Origin: Eledone cirrhosa | Lineage: Eukaryota | Assembly (NCBI GenBank): GCA_964016885.1 | Contig: OZ024742.1 | Location: forward strand, 330,336,001 to 330,400,000 | DNA: 64,000 nt | Direction of reading: 5' to 3' | Shown: piece after piece, positions 20,616-44,239 of the stretch | Numbering within the stretch: position 1 is the first letter of the stretch | How the letters are laid out: each line of letters starts with the position of its first letter | Program-made: the position numbers and the translations under genes | The notes under the pieces: generated by a model | The model's database searches: none | What the model saw: only the letters and a program-made list of their open reading frames with translations | Told to the model about the DNA's origin: nothing

Positions 20616-23600
20616 TAATCTCATGAAATAGAACATTTTCAAAAATCCTTAGCCCTTTCAACTGATATATTTCCTAAATTTGATTAGTTTCCCCTCAGAC
20701 GTAGCTGATGCTTAACCAATTACACTAAAATGTAGACATTTTACAGAACAGAGTTTAGTCATCATATATAGTAGTGGTGATTTTGTGTTCTGTATAACTG
20801 CACGATGTAGGTGAATTAGTTGGATATTGAAGTAGATTGTGATAGCAATAATGGTGAAATCTGATCAAAACCTCTCTGTGGTTGTGGGGATAAAATACGG
20901 TCAGAGACATGGTGGCCTGAAACTATTAGTGTCTTAAGAATAATCACTTATTTCCATAATCATGCGTATTATGTTCTATTTTTATTTATCTCTTTGCGTC
21001 AAAAATATTTTGTGTCTTTTTTATCCTGCTAGCGAGCTATCAATTCATATGTATATCACTATCTATTTAATAAGAATATAATATTATTATGTCTCCTAAC
21101 ACATAATCACTCATCGGCTTTGTTTGTGGATCGGTCATTCGTTTCTTCTTTACGTTTTTCGTTGTACGTATTTCAGTTTAATTTATAGGATGTTTTGTGA
21201 CAGAAAATATTCTGATCTCAAATATATCTTTTGATCGTTACCCTGTTTTACGTAAATACGTGATATGTGACACTAGGTTAGGTTGAAAGTCAGTTGGGAA
21301 ATGTGGGAGAAAATAAGATAAAAGTCCATATTTTTGTTATGAGTTATATCAACGCTCAATAAGGAAAATATATATTGTGGTGAACAATATAGATATTCAA
21401 GGGTTAAAAATAACTGTTAAGCATATGCCCTTAAAGAGGACAAATAAAAGTATCATAGGATCTGTGACGTATTAGATATGCCTTAAAGCAATGGAGGCAC
21501 TTGCCCGCCGATGCCTTGTTTTTATCTACTTAAATTTAGACGGACTTAGAGATGGGCGATGTTCAGGTCAAGTCTTCAATATTTTATGTGATATCTTGGA
21601 ACCTGGATAGAACATAAAAATTGGATGATGATAGTAAATATGAGGAGTAATTATGGAAATGACACGTCTATAGATAGCTTTGAGGAGCAACAGTTCTTTA
21701 CTAATTAATCGTGGAGGATATTTCACTTCAGTGTGCCGGAGAGTTGAATGTGTCAATTAATCGAATGACTTTTCTCTGGATTAAGTCTCCTCAGCATATA
21801 TGCGCGAATGTAACACCATTATTAATATGTGAGAAGCACACAATCGTCGGATTCAGTTGAGTTGTTAGATCATCGGCAATTGCTGAGGATTCGAAAATCA
21901 AGGTCAGTTTTTTAGGTGATGTTCCAATTAGATCAGACATCTGAGTTGACCAAGAAAAATTTTTGGTGATTTGAAGATTTATCGTTTTCCATTCTTGGGA
22001 ACTTTTTATTTGCTTAGTGTAGATATTAAAGCTGGTGATATGATGTTTACACATCAATCAAATGAAACAGGAGTCGATGCCATGAACATAAATTCTTTAA
22101 TGCACCTACATATTTAGCTGTTCAAATGGACATGAATGATTGCATATGTATGACTTTATTAAACGAATATAAAATCTCAATTATTTCACAGCAAAAAATA
22201 TTGATGTTGCTCTTTATAAACAGGTTAGGCCTGTTAATGTTTATCTATGATAAATGATATTCAGGATTATATAGTAGTAAATAACATAATTTCTAACTCG
22301 TTGGAGGGTGGTAGAATGCATTTGATTCAATACGAATTAGATGTCGATTCTAGCAATTTCCAGGTGAATCCTAGTACGATGAACATCTACAATGTATTTC
22401 TCTGTATGATGTGAAGAAATTAATGAAGAATATGTAGGTGTATTTTGTATAATTAAAGTTATATACGTCAACAAATTGAACTCAAAGTATATGTATTCAG
22501 AGACGAAACCAGAAGTTCAAAAAATATATAAGTAAAAGAGTAAGCTGTGTGTGGTAAAGTAAAATGAGGATGTTATGAGTGGAACACCTGTATCAACGCC
22601 TGTAGTCAGTGTAGTGCAACAATGGCGGGAACCTTTTTTTCCAATTCTGCACGGGAAAGTTCATGATGTAAACCAACACTACTAAATTAATAAAGGAAGG
22701 TATATTGTTGGGAATAATATGGGCCATGAAAATTATCTACGATCGGGTTGTACATCAACAATATACCATTCAAAAGACGTAATCAAAAGACACAACCTCT
22801 ATTAAGACATTCGCCACTTACATTCAATCTATCTGCCTTCATCGCTATCATTATCTTTAAGACATCAATCATCTGCAGTTTGTAATTTCTCCAAACATCT
22901 ACCATTTAGTTGCCTCAATAAACAGTTGTGACTTGCGCTAATTAACATATCCTCACATATGAAAGAGGCTTAACAAACCTATAATGTTATAAAATTGCCG
23001 TATTTTATACCTCCATCTTGCAGAATCTTCTTTGCGAAGTTTAGTAAAACAGTTCCCACTAAACGATTCTTTATAACTAGAAATATTCCCACTCTAGTTT
23101 TATTGTGATTACTCCTACAATAATATTTTACCTGGGCACTTGACCTCATATATTTGTGGCAATATCGAGGCATATTCGTAAATAACGAAATTTATTTAAT
23201 TAGAGTTTTAATATAGCAATGTATGGTTAAGGGATATTTCGCAACCATTTTTTTTATTCGAACAGCAACATAGAAAATACGTGTATTATATATCAGGAAA
23301 CACTTGGTATTTGGATAAATCAATTTAAGATCGAAGAAAACTATCGGCGGGTATCCAGTCAACCTATTAATTAAACCACATTGAATTTTCTACACTTTCA
23401 TCTGAAATACAGATGCTCATTGCCATCTATAATACCGAATTCTTTAACCTCAATCTTTTTCATTTGAAACTGATGTTCACGAAGACATATTCCTTGATAT
23501 TATTCAAATAAACCTATTCGTTTCTTACAATATATGTTTTATTCATATTTTGCGGGTTCTTTCTTATCAATATATCGAGCGAATTTATTATATTGCACAA

Positions 23601-24236
23601 TGTTATGGAAGATAGTAATACAATAGATTTAATGCTGCATTGGGAAATGGCTGAGGGAATAAAAATAAATTAGCAAATAACATAATTTCAGAAATATGTA
23701 CAAATAGTATTAGTGATGGAAGGGGCAAAGGTGCGTTTATATTTGAAACCATGTATCTAACTAGTGTAGGGATTTTTTTTTTTTGTTTAGTTTTATGCAA
23801 AACCTTGTCCCAGAATGTTATATGATTCAAGTACAATTTCATTGTTTGTGTAAGATCACAGGAGGGATTGCCACAGTCCCAATTCTCTAAACAATGACAT
23901 TACTGTTTTGGGGCACGTAAGTATCACTAAAATCGACACATAATCACATTATCATCTATTTTATATAGATTATGGTTTAATCTGATAAAGATGTGAGTTA
24001 CTTTTTACGTAAAACTGTAAAAACTACGACGTTGACGATAATTGGCACAACATTACCAAACATTTTGATGCCTAATCACGTGATCTTGCTCAAACCATCC
24101 AATTGTACTTCAAACATGTAGCACTGCGAGCAACGTATTTGTGAAACTGAAAGATCAAGTTTTCCTTGGATAGGAAAACTTGAACCGTTAAGGTATATTT
24201 TCCTTGGTTATGTCAACATTCATAAAATACACTTCG

Positions 24237-24345
24237 TATGTTATCTGATGATAGGGTAGCAAAGCTTTGGTACACTTGACATATATATATAATAGAATAA
24301 ATATGGTTTTATAAATGTAGTTTCCATTTATTTAATATCATTGTA
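24237..24345 (+). mobile_element. Family H pLTR fragment with degenerate HHR
   Basis: CTGATGA (24245)...GACA(TA)n; 3' tail shared with 29000-29160 and 50329-50434. Confidence 0.55.
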
Positions 24346-24852
24346 TAAATATATATATATATATATAGTAACGAGTAGACCCCGACGGCTGAGTTCAAGC
24401 CGTTTCGACGGCTAATTCTGGAGTATATATAAATATATATGGGATAACAAGTTATCGTATTATGTAATCCAGTTACAGGTTGTGAGTACTATGTGCTATG
24501 GATAGATTTAACATGCCTCGTTGTTTGACTCAACAAGAGGTTTCTTTAGTTAGATAACGAGTTTGTGAGAATTCCCAAGCAGGTTATTCTTGGAGTAATA
24601 GTAGTGAAAGAGTGGAGAATAAGATAGTCGGCTGTACTAAGAAGGTTCTATTTACAATATTAACAATTATTTCATTGATCAGGTGAGTTTAAAGGCCGCT
24701 AATCACTCGAAGTTGCGTTATTCAACCTTAAATACAATGTGTGTTTCTGATCAAATCATCGGAATAAAGTATTCCGATGTGTATATGTGTGTGTATATAT
24801 ATATATGTATATATAGACATACACAAACACATATATATATGTATGTGTATAT

Positions 24853-24977
<125 letters not shown>

Positions 24978-24985
24978 TACATACA

Positions 24986-25058
<73 letters not shown>

Positions 25059-25077
25059 ACCCAGCAGCTGTTGATGT

Positions 25078-25162
25078 TAATTTTAATTTTAATTTTAATT
25101 TTAATTTTAATTTTAATTTTAATTTTAACTTTAATTTTGATTTTGATTTCAATTTTAATTTT
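25078..25162. repeat. (TTTTAA)n hexamer microsatellite
   Basis: About 14 imperfect copies. Confidence 0.95.
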
Positions 25163-25649
25163 GTCGTTCCATGCCGCCGATATGCCGCACAGCGTATGCT
25201 GCTGACACATTTCATCATACATACACTCCACAACATTCCCTATATATTATTATTAAGCACATAACCTTTATATTGCATGTATACACCAAACCCATGCACA
25301 TCTCATATATACATTTAAGAAATTGATGTTGCACATAACCACAATATATATAACTTCTTTGTGCACGTACGCACGGACCCCACCTATCCAATAGCAACGA
25401 GACCTGCACCATGCGCATGCTCCTACCCAGTACCTTAGGCCAACAGCCCACATGTATAGCATATAAATATTTTCACCACAGTCCACAACTATTGTATGAA
25501 ACTTTAAGCACACCTCGATCATGTCCAGACCCCCCTCTGCATCCTTGTCATGTATGCATTCTCTTTTTCCAACATTTTATTTTATTGTATTTTATCTTAT
25601 TTTGTTTTATTATTGTATACTATTTCATTATTTTATCTTATGTTTGGCT

Positions 25650-25830
25650 GTGGATTGGCAGTAACCGTGGAGGGTCGGACGCCATGCTTCCCAGCATAGT
25701 TACGTCCCTTTACGATCTGAGTTCAAATCCCGCCGAGGTTGAATTTGCCTTTCATCCTTACGGGTTCGATAAAATAAAGTACCAGTAATGCACTCGGTAA
25801 TTGTTGACCTTGTGCAGAAAGCAGAAAAAA
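25650..25830 (+). mobile_element. tRNA-derived SINE, Octopus-type
   Basis: B-box-like GAGTTCAAATCCC (25719) followed by GCCGAGGT..TTTGCCTTTCATCCTT..GG.TCGATAAAATAAAGTACCAG; copies at 42170 and 59228. Confidence 0.8.
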
Positions 25831-26289
25831 TTATTTTATGTTATGTGCTACAGGTTTTTTTTTTCATATATGTGACATCCATGCTATATGCGATTAGTGC
25901 AGGGATATTTTGGTGCCGTAACATTTAGGCATATTGTGCAGGCACCCTTGGACTCACATCGCCACGTGATCAGGTTGGGGCAAAGCCTCAAATACGTTGT
26001 CTCATGCAATACTGTGTGCACCATATGCGCATCGGCGCGTGGGTGGCTGTTGGGGGGGTACTCATCAAGTATATGCAGCCGGTGTGGGAGCACGCGGGTG
26101 TGTGTATGTGTAACTCCACAGACTTGCCTGAGCACGGGTGTGTTCATGCATGGGTCGATGTATTTGTCTGAGCATGTACGCGTGGGCGTACGGATGTCTT
26201 CCCATAGATTTTTCTTTTCCCGTCTGCCTATATATGTGTGCGGCGTCTTGGATACCCACGCTCCCAAGAGTCAAGGATGTGAGTGTACA

Positions 26290-26527
26290 AAGAAGAGGCA
26301 CAAAACAAAGAAAATAATCCCCGGTCATTGATGAGGTCAGATAATGTGTGACGAAATATATGAAAGAACTTTGACAATATCTGAACAACCGTCCGGTGGT
26401 GGAAACAACCAACCAACCGGAAATTTATAAATTTCTCAAATTTATAATTTAATTTATAATAAAGTGGAGTGAAAGCATCTGGTGCGTGTGTTTCTTGTTT
26501 GCACCATGACCCTCCCAAAGTATAACT
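26290..26527 (+). mobile_element. Solo family B pLTR with degenerate HHR
   Basis: Homologous to 2810-3040; ends at (TA)n. Confidence 0.75.
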
Positions 26528-26553
26528 ATATATATATATACATACATACATAC

Positions 26554-26632
<79 letters not shown>

Positions 26633-27071
26633 CACATACATACGTGTATATATATATATATAAATGGCGTCTACCGAATTAGAAATGTTTCATTCGTATC
26701 AACCCATCACATTGATAGTGATTCCATACGAATGAAGTATTTCTAATGATGTGGAAGCCATTTCAATATTAAACATCGAAAGTTTCCATATACAGTGTCG
26801 GCCAGAATTCATGTCTTGATTGTTACTTATATGTCTTAACATATATATTTTATTTTTGTTGTATGTGTTTAGCGTATCTTATTCATGGCCTTATGCCTGT
26901 ATATGTTATTATATTCATTAATTTGTTTCATAACGTTTTTTGTTTATAGATCTATAAATATAAAAGTGTGTCATGAATTTAGCCCACCCTGTATACATTT
27001 ATTTAGAACCTTATTTGCTGGGGTTACCACTGATTTAACTCGGGATCTACACACACACACACACACACACA

Positions 27072-27137
<66 letters not shown>

Positions 27138-27219
27138 CACACACATACACACACATATAAACACACACACACAAACATATATATATATATATATACTTAT
27201 ATATATATATATGTATGTA

Positions 27220-27753
<534 letters not shown>

Positions 27754-28193
27754 AAAGATGAATGAATTCTTGGCGCGATGAATGAATTCTTGGTGCGATC
27801 ACTTTGGAAAATTTAGTGTCTAGATAAGAGCAAACTTCCTGATGAATACGGTGCTCGAGTTTATATAATTATTACATAATTATTGGAAAACTCAAAATAC
27901 GGATGAAACCATGGTAGAGGTTTTTTAATGTATTCTTTTTTCTCATAGTTTATTTTACACCTAATTCTGTTTAGTTGACTGTATCTGGGCGATTATGCTG
28001 TCGAAATATTCGATAAATATTCCGCTTCGGCCGACGCGAAGGGCTAGTTTCGGTTATTTGTCGGAGATTTCTTCATAGAAGCCTCATTCTTATAGCCTGG
28101 TCTATTCGATTTTTTTATAAGGTTAATTATGCTAATTGGGAGAGGAAATGGTATATATTTTATCTTGTGATTCTATAGACATGTTTTATGATT

Positions 28194-28227
<34 letters not shown>

Positions 28228-28708
28228 TATATACACATCATGGATCAATTAAGCACTCTTGCTGCATTACCACATTTTGATCTGCTTAACTTCAATGACT
28301 ATGCTTGTAAATGTCATTATATTTTCTTCCACATTGACTTTTTATGCTCTACATTTTGAACGCTTTTTTTGCTTTTTCTTTTTTCTTTTCACTTCATAAA
28401 CCTTGTTTGTAAATAACATTATTCTTTCTGCACATTCTGTTTAACATGTGTGGCCCCACACTAATACATTTCAGTATCATTTGATAATGCATAAGAATGC
28501 AGAAAGCGGGTAATAGACAATAATTAAATATATAAATAGATAAATAACTGCCATTGTTAAATAATGAATAAGTCAACTAATACCTTAACACTTCACACAA
28601 AGTAAAACAGTTCGTTTTAATCATTTTCTAACCCAGAAAAAAGAGTGAGAGAATCAAAAAAGGAAAAAAAAATATTGTTATTCCTGATAATCGTCTCTTT
28701 CTCCATGT

Positions 28709-28754
<46 letters not shown>

Positions 28755-28792
28755 GTACAAATATATACATATATATATATACATGTACAAAT

Positions 28793-28826
<34 letters not shown>

Positions 28827-28881
28827 ATACAAAAAAATATATATATATATATACATACACACACACATCTATCTATCTATC

Positions 28882-28921
<40 letters not shown>

Positions 28922-28999
28922 CACACACTATCCAGTGGATAACCAACCGATAAGGTATGATTTTCACGGGTATGTCTCTATTTATAAGACACACTTTGT

Positions 29000-32341
<3,342 letters not shown>

Positions 32342-32550
32342 ATATATATATATATATGTAGATAAATATACCAAAAGTTTACGGTAGTGTCAAATCCGTA
32401 TGAAGATCTCAATGTAATCTGGATATCATGAAAAGAGAAGATGCATTCAAAAACTACTTTCGGTGAAAAATAAACGGAAAACAGAGTCAAGATAAATTAA
32501 TAAAAAAATGAATAAACAAGGAAACAGTTCCTTATATTAAAAAAAATTAA

Positions 32551-32686
32551 TCATTTTACGATCGTTTCTAGGATATATATGTGTTAGAGTTGGTATGCAT
32601 ATTCTATAGATCTATGTACAATATTTATACAAAATATCAGAGGGAATATACATACCTACACATAAATATGCTGTCTTCAGAAATAA
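32551..32686 (-). ncRNA. Type I HHR with very long stem II (family E), downstream of Nematis-like ORF
   Basis: ttattt-CTGAAGA-[~105 nt incl. GGTATGTATATTC/GAATATGCATACC]-GAAA-CGATCG-TA-aaatga. Confidence 0.7.
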
Positions 32687-33337
32687 TGATATTTTTTTAT
32701 TGAAAAAAAACAAAGATTCAATACAATATGTCTGTTTGGGAACAGGTTTTGAATTGACCAATAGAGAGATAGTGAGGGTCAAGATAGTAATATAGTAGTA
32801 GAAGAACCTTAAATTATGGGTAGAGGAAGGAAGTTTTCAGTTTTGGATGGAAAAGAATATTATGAATGAAGATTATTTTAGGGAAGAACTGGGTCTTATG
32901 CTGACCTCAGAAATAATTTTATTTGTTCATTGAATAAAACCAACAAAGATCTAATATATTCTGTCTGTTTGGTAAGAAGTTTAGAATTAACCAATAGAAA
33001 GTTAATAATTGGCCAAATGGAGAAATAGTAGTAATTGAAGCTTATTTTAGGGGTGAAAATAGGTCAGGTGGTCAGTAAAAGGTATACAAGCAGTTGCTGT
33101 TATAAAATAGTAATGCCAATACAAATATCTAAGGTGACTAAAGTTTTACGATAAGAATGTTAGCGATAAAAATCCATCTATGAAAAGAATATAAATTAAT
33201 TTAATTGATGGGTATATATATATTGATAAAATTATACTAATACATATAGATATGATAAATAAGAGTTAGATGCAGTTGAAAATTGCTGTTAAAGATGAGG
33301 GGAAATTAAAAGAATATAAAAATAATATATATATATA

Positions 33338-33437
<100 letters not shown>

Positions 33438-33476
33438 CAGATACACACACACACATACACACATATATATGTATAT

Positions 33477-33516
<40 letters not shown>

Positions 33517-33812
33517 GCATATATACATACATACATATATATATACACACACATACACACTTACATATACATATAATTATTGGGGTGGGAATTAAATTTA
33601 TTAGTGAGAGATAATAAATATATATAGATTTCAAGGAACATAGAATCATAACCTGAAGTTAAAGCATTATATATGTTTACTTAATGGTATCAGTTTTAGG
33701 AAACGATAGTTGTAAGAAGGAAAGCAAAATTATGTATTTCATCAGTAGTAGAATATTAATTATAGGTTAACTAAAATAAAAATAGTTTATATATTAATTT
33801 CTAAAGTGTATA

Positions 33813-34530
33813 TTAATTAGGTTTATAATATTTAAAGGTTTTTCTCAGTTTATGATTACACGATATTATTAATTCCTGTCGCTTATTTAATAGGATATCC
33901 TTAGGTTTCATTATTTCAAAACGTTCTTGGGAACATAATCTACATTCATATCTACTATTTTGATAAGGGGTGGGCCTTTTGAGCACACTCCAGGTCAGGT
34001 CATAATCTATATTCCTCTTTCTATAACTATTAATTATTTCAGCTAGAAATGTTGTATTAGCTAGTGCGGCATTTTTAAAACTATGTTTGTGGGTATTAAA
34101 TCTTACCTTAAAATTGTTAGAGGTAGCTCCTATATATGAATAAATTGAGTCCTTAATGTTAACTTTACATTTATATACTATGTTATTAACAAGGCAATTT
34201 CCTTTTAATGGAGAGTTTGCCTTGTTTCTACAGTTACAACTTTTCGTGAATCCTGTATCTGAGGAGATATTATGGTTAGTTTGATGTACTGGTGGTATAC
34301 TTATGTTTTTTTTATACATTTATATGCATTATCGGCACTTATATTTTGTTTTATGTTTTTGTTTGTTGAGTAGGAGAATTTAACCGTTGATCTATTTAAA
34401 ATTTGATGGTATTTGTGGTTTGGCGGGAAGTTTTTCTCTAGGATATTAAAGAATTTTTTAGGTATATTATCCTTAATCTGTAAATTAAATGGAGCATTAT
34501 ACCAAGTAACTCGTCTATTACGGTTTCGAT
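33813..34530 (-). pseudogene. Nematis-like PLE C-terminus (linker + GIY-YIG)
   Basis: RRVTWYNAPF..NFPPNHKYH..VKFSYS; CNCRNK..PLKGNCL..IVYKC..YIGAT..FKVRF..H; CRLC..E; LLNKRQE...CNH. Confidence 0.85.
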
Positions 34531-34640
34531 GTTGTTTATTGTTTTTATAGGATGCATCCTAATGTTTATTAAGAGAATTATTGTTAATGACCTCACCACA
34601 CACATTTTTAGTTAACTAATATATAAATATATATATATAT

Positions 34641-35086
34641 AAGGAGGAGGTTATAGTTCACTTGAAGCATTGTGTAATGAGGTATAAACGTTTGAATATG
34701 TGTAATAAGGCCAAAACAATGCAGGTATGGACATAGAAAAAAGAATGCAATAGTAAAAGAATTCGTCTTTCACCTTGAATTTATTTAAATGTCCTTAATT
34801 TTCGAGATAATATCTCTTCTTCGGAGGGAAATAAAGGTCTCAAACCAGCGTCTTAAATCTCTAGCCAAGCCATGCTGACCGGAAATAGTATTTCCGGTCA
34901 GCATGGCTTGGCTAGAGATTTAAGACGCTGGTTTGAGACCTTTATTTCCCTCCGAAGAAGAGATATTATCTCGAAAATTAAGGACATTTAAATAAATTCA
35001 AGGTGAAAAACGAATTCTTTTACTATTGCATTGTGTTTTCTATGTCCATACCTGCATTGTTTTGGCCTTATTACACATATTCAAAC

Positions 35087-35093
<7 letters not shown>
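34641..35093. mobile_element. Fold-back element F (arms 34683-34887 / 34889-35093) between TA tracts
   Basis: Near-perfect hairpin with 1-nt centre at 34888; HHR-like cct-CCGAAGA-a-GAGAT-att-ATCTC-GAAA-AT-TA-agg at 34947-34984(+) and mirror at ~34792-34829(-). Confidence 0.85.
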
Positions 35094-35144
<51 letters not shown>

Positions 35145-35208
35145 CACAGAAACAAAATGGCGTAGGACAGAACAAAGGAAAGGCACAGAAACAAAGAAAG
35201 GAATCCCC

Positions 35209-35253
35209 GGTCACTGAAGAGGTCACAGAGTGTGTGACGAAAGGACTATGACT
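35209..35253 (+). ncRNA. Minimal type I HHR (family B, intact core) in solo pLTR 35143-35408
   Basis: GTCA-CTGAAGA-g-GTCACA-gagtg-TGTGAC-GAAA-ggac-TA-TGAC. Confidence 0.75.
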
Positions 35254-35554
35254 ATATATAAAAACTATCTGGTTGTGGAACCAACCAACCAACCAGAAAT
35301 TTATAAATTTATAAATTTGTAAATTTATAAATATATAATAAATTGAAGTGAAACATCTGGTGCGTGTGTTTCTTATTGGCAACATGACCCTCCCAAAGTA
35401 TAACAATATATTTATATATATATATATATATATTTATATATTTATATTTATATTTACATATATATATGAATGTATGTGCATATATATATGGTCAGCGCAC
35501 ACGAAACAAAGTATCATCAAGGTTGAAGCACCCCAAAGTTATATATATATATAT

Positions 35555-41505
<5,951 letters not shown>

Positions 41506-41509
41506 TATA

Positions 41510-41617
<108 letters not shown>

Positions 41618-42093
41618 GCCCTCCACATATATACATACTGAGTGAGTGGAGATATTGAGATACACACATGCCATTTGGAAACATAAGCATACCTTCCCGG
41701 TTCTCTTGAAATTTACCAAATATAAGCACCCACGACATACAAAAGTTTCCAACCAAAGAATATAGCATTGCTAAGAAATTTCGTATAGTTTAGTGTGTAC
41801 GATAACTTATTTGTTTACATGTAAATCATGACTACATGCCGACATCACTTGGAATATTTCATTAATAATGCAATGTTCACTTCCGTAACACTATATTCTT
41901 TAAACCGTTTACCATGATATAGTTACCACAGAATCCATTTGATCTAAGATTCCAAATAAAAGATTCAATATTTCTAATCAAGTAACTGTAGAGTATGTTC
42001 AGAAAAATTCCATTGAAGCAAGGATTTTCTTGCACATCATTTCTAGGGAAAATTAAACAAATAGTAAATATTTGTTTAGGATATATCGAAAAC

Positions 42094-42137
<44 letters not shown>

Positions 42138-42169
42138 CGAGGGACAATTACTAGGTTTTACAGTTATTT

Positions 42170-42355
42170 TTTTCTACATTTGGCACAAGGCCAGCATTTA
42201 TCAGAGTGTAATACTGGTGCTTTATTTTATCGACCCCGTAAGGATGAAAGGCAAAGTTAACCTCGGCGGGATTTAAACTCAGATCATAAAGGGACGTAAC
42301 TCTATGCTTCAAAGCATGGTGTCCGCCTCTCTACCGATACTGCCAATCCACCACC
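42170..42355 (-). mobile_element. tRNA-derived SINE, Octopus-type
   Basis: Reverse-complement match to 25650-25830. Confidence 0.8.
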
Positions 42356-43066
42356 AGGTTTTACAGTTAATAATAGATCTTTAGGAATAACACCACCACA
42401 CGTATCCTCTCATGTATTCAACTGCATATGTGAATATATGTGAGCATACGTGTGGTTCTGTTAGTCCTAAAGAGAAGTATTAACGTATTACCCGTTTCGA
42501 TGTATTATTAAGATTCATATTATCAAATGTTGTGTATTAAAATAAAAATTAAAAATAATTAATAGGAGGTAAAAACTAAATATTAAAGATTTAAAATTAA
42601 AATTAACGTTGGAGTAAGCCTTTTTCCCATCTTTCATGGTCAAAGGTGGGCTGGAGAATGAGTTCTTGTTAATAGAGAGGTAGTAGTGAAGATAGTAGCA
42701 GCAGTGGTGGTGGTTTTGTTTCTACAAAGAAACCGGTAATACTTTATATACTTTATATATATATATATATTATAAAACTCTTTTTTAAGAAAGAATTGCC
42801 CCTCTTATCTTTATCAATAATGTCATATATTTTCAATAATGTCACAAACGAATCAATGAAAGGATAAACAAAAAAGAAAAACAGACCCTAAAATATATGT
42901 TCCGTGCCATTTCCGACTTCACCTCTTCTTTCTATCCACTGCTTTGTATAGAACCTTACTTCCCTTTTCTAATATATATATATATATATTTCGTTTCTGA
43001 ATCTGTTTAGCAATATTCTTTATCTGAAAACGTGTGTTGAAACCGATATTGTTATACATTGGGGGG

Positions 43067-43960
43067 GGGGGGGGGGTCATCTTGCCAATAAGAAACACAC
43101 GCACCAGTTGCTTTCACTTCAATTTATTAGAATAAATTCATAAATTTAGGAATTTATGAATTTCCGGTCGGTTGGTTGGTTCCACAACCAGATGATTGTT
43201 TATATATTGTCAAAGTTCTTTCGTCACACATTATGTGACCTCTTCATTGACTGGGGATTCTTTTCTCTGTTTTTGTGCCGCTCTTTTGTTCTTTCCTACG
43301 CCATCTTGTTTTTTGTGTGTGTGTTGTGTGCTTAGTTTGCGAATGTGTTACATCCGGGTGTCCGTGTGTGGTTGTATTCATTTATTTATTTATTTGCATG
43401 TTACTGGCTTGTTGTTTGTAATATGTGCGTGTGTGTTTTCATGTTGTCCTTAATTGTAAGTTGTGATGTTGCTGTTCCATTCATGTTTTCTATTTAATTT
43501 GTTTGGAGTTCATTTATGTTTATTGCCTCTGTGATTTGTCTAAACATTGCGTCTTTTCTGTGTGTAGATTCTATTTTTATTTCTATGTTCTCTAATTTAC
43601 CCTTATGTTCTATTTTAGCATGTTGGTAGAGTACAGATGATTATTTACTGTCTTGAAGGTCTCGCCAGTGTTCATTTATCCGTTCCCCTATACTACGAGC
43701 TGTCTCACCTATGTACACTAAATGTTTATCTCTACATTGTCCTTCAGTACATCTTATGCTATATAATACATTTCTTGTTTTACAGTTAATATGGGGGCTT
43801 AATTTACAGATTATACATTTCTTATCAATACAGGGAGGTCTTTGAAAAGAGTATGTATTGCTAATACGTGTTTTTATGGAGGTACCTGTTTTTTCTACTA
43901 TCTTAATATTGAGTTTATGTTTATATAGGCCCTTTCAAATTTTGTAAGCTAATTCTAAAT
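43067..43960 (-). pseudogene. Neptune-like PLE 3' part (GIY-YIG + family B pLTR)
   Basis: Reverse complement of ~2147-3040; degenerate HHR ~43208-43252. Confidence 0.85.
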
Positions 43961-44239
43961 TTGTAAGCTAAATAAGGGAAGGTAATAGGATTGAAAGGAG
44001 AGGGAAGACTATGGACAGAGAAAATAACCAGGACGAACACACAGACACACACAATAGAGTAGATAATAACAATGAGCCAGATGAAAGTGACAGGAGTAAT
44101 AACGAGAGAGATAGAAACAACCATGAGGCTGTTGGTGGAAATAGAAATAGAAAACGAGCCGTGACCCTGCCACAGGACCACCACCCTGTGGGGCTAACAT
44201 TGCTAGTCACTACAGACTGTCCTACTTCCTCTCCCTGAT

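Noticed and set aside
26662-26790. ~100-bp hairpin with overlapping CTAATGA...GAAA
   Set aside because: Too degenerate; no stem I or stem III.
34683-35093. Fold-backs as MITEs or miRNA precursors
   Set aside because: Unequal arm ends, oriented HHR motifs and homologous single-arm copies (family H) favour a retro-origin.
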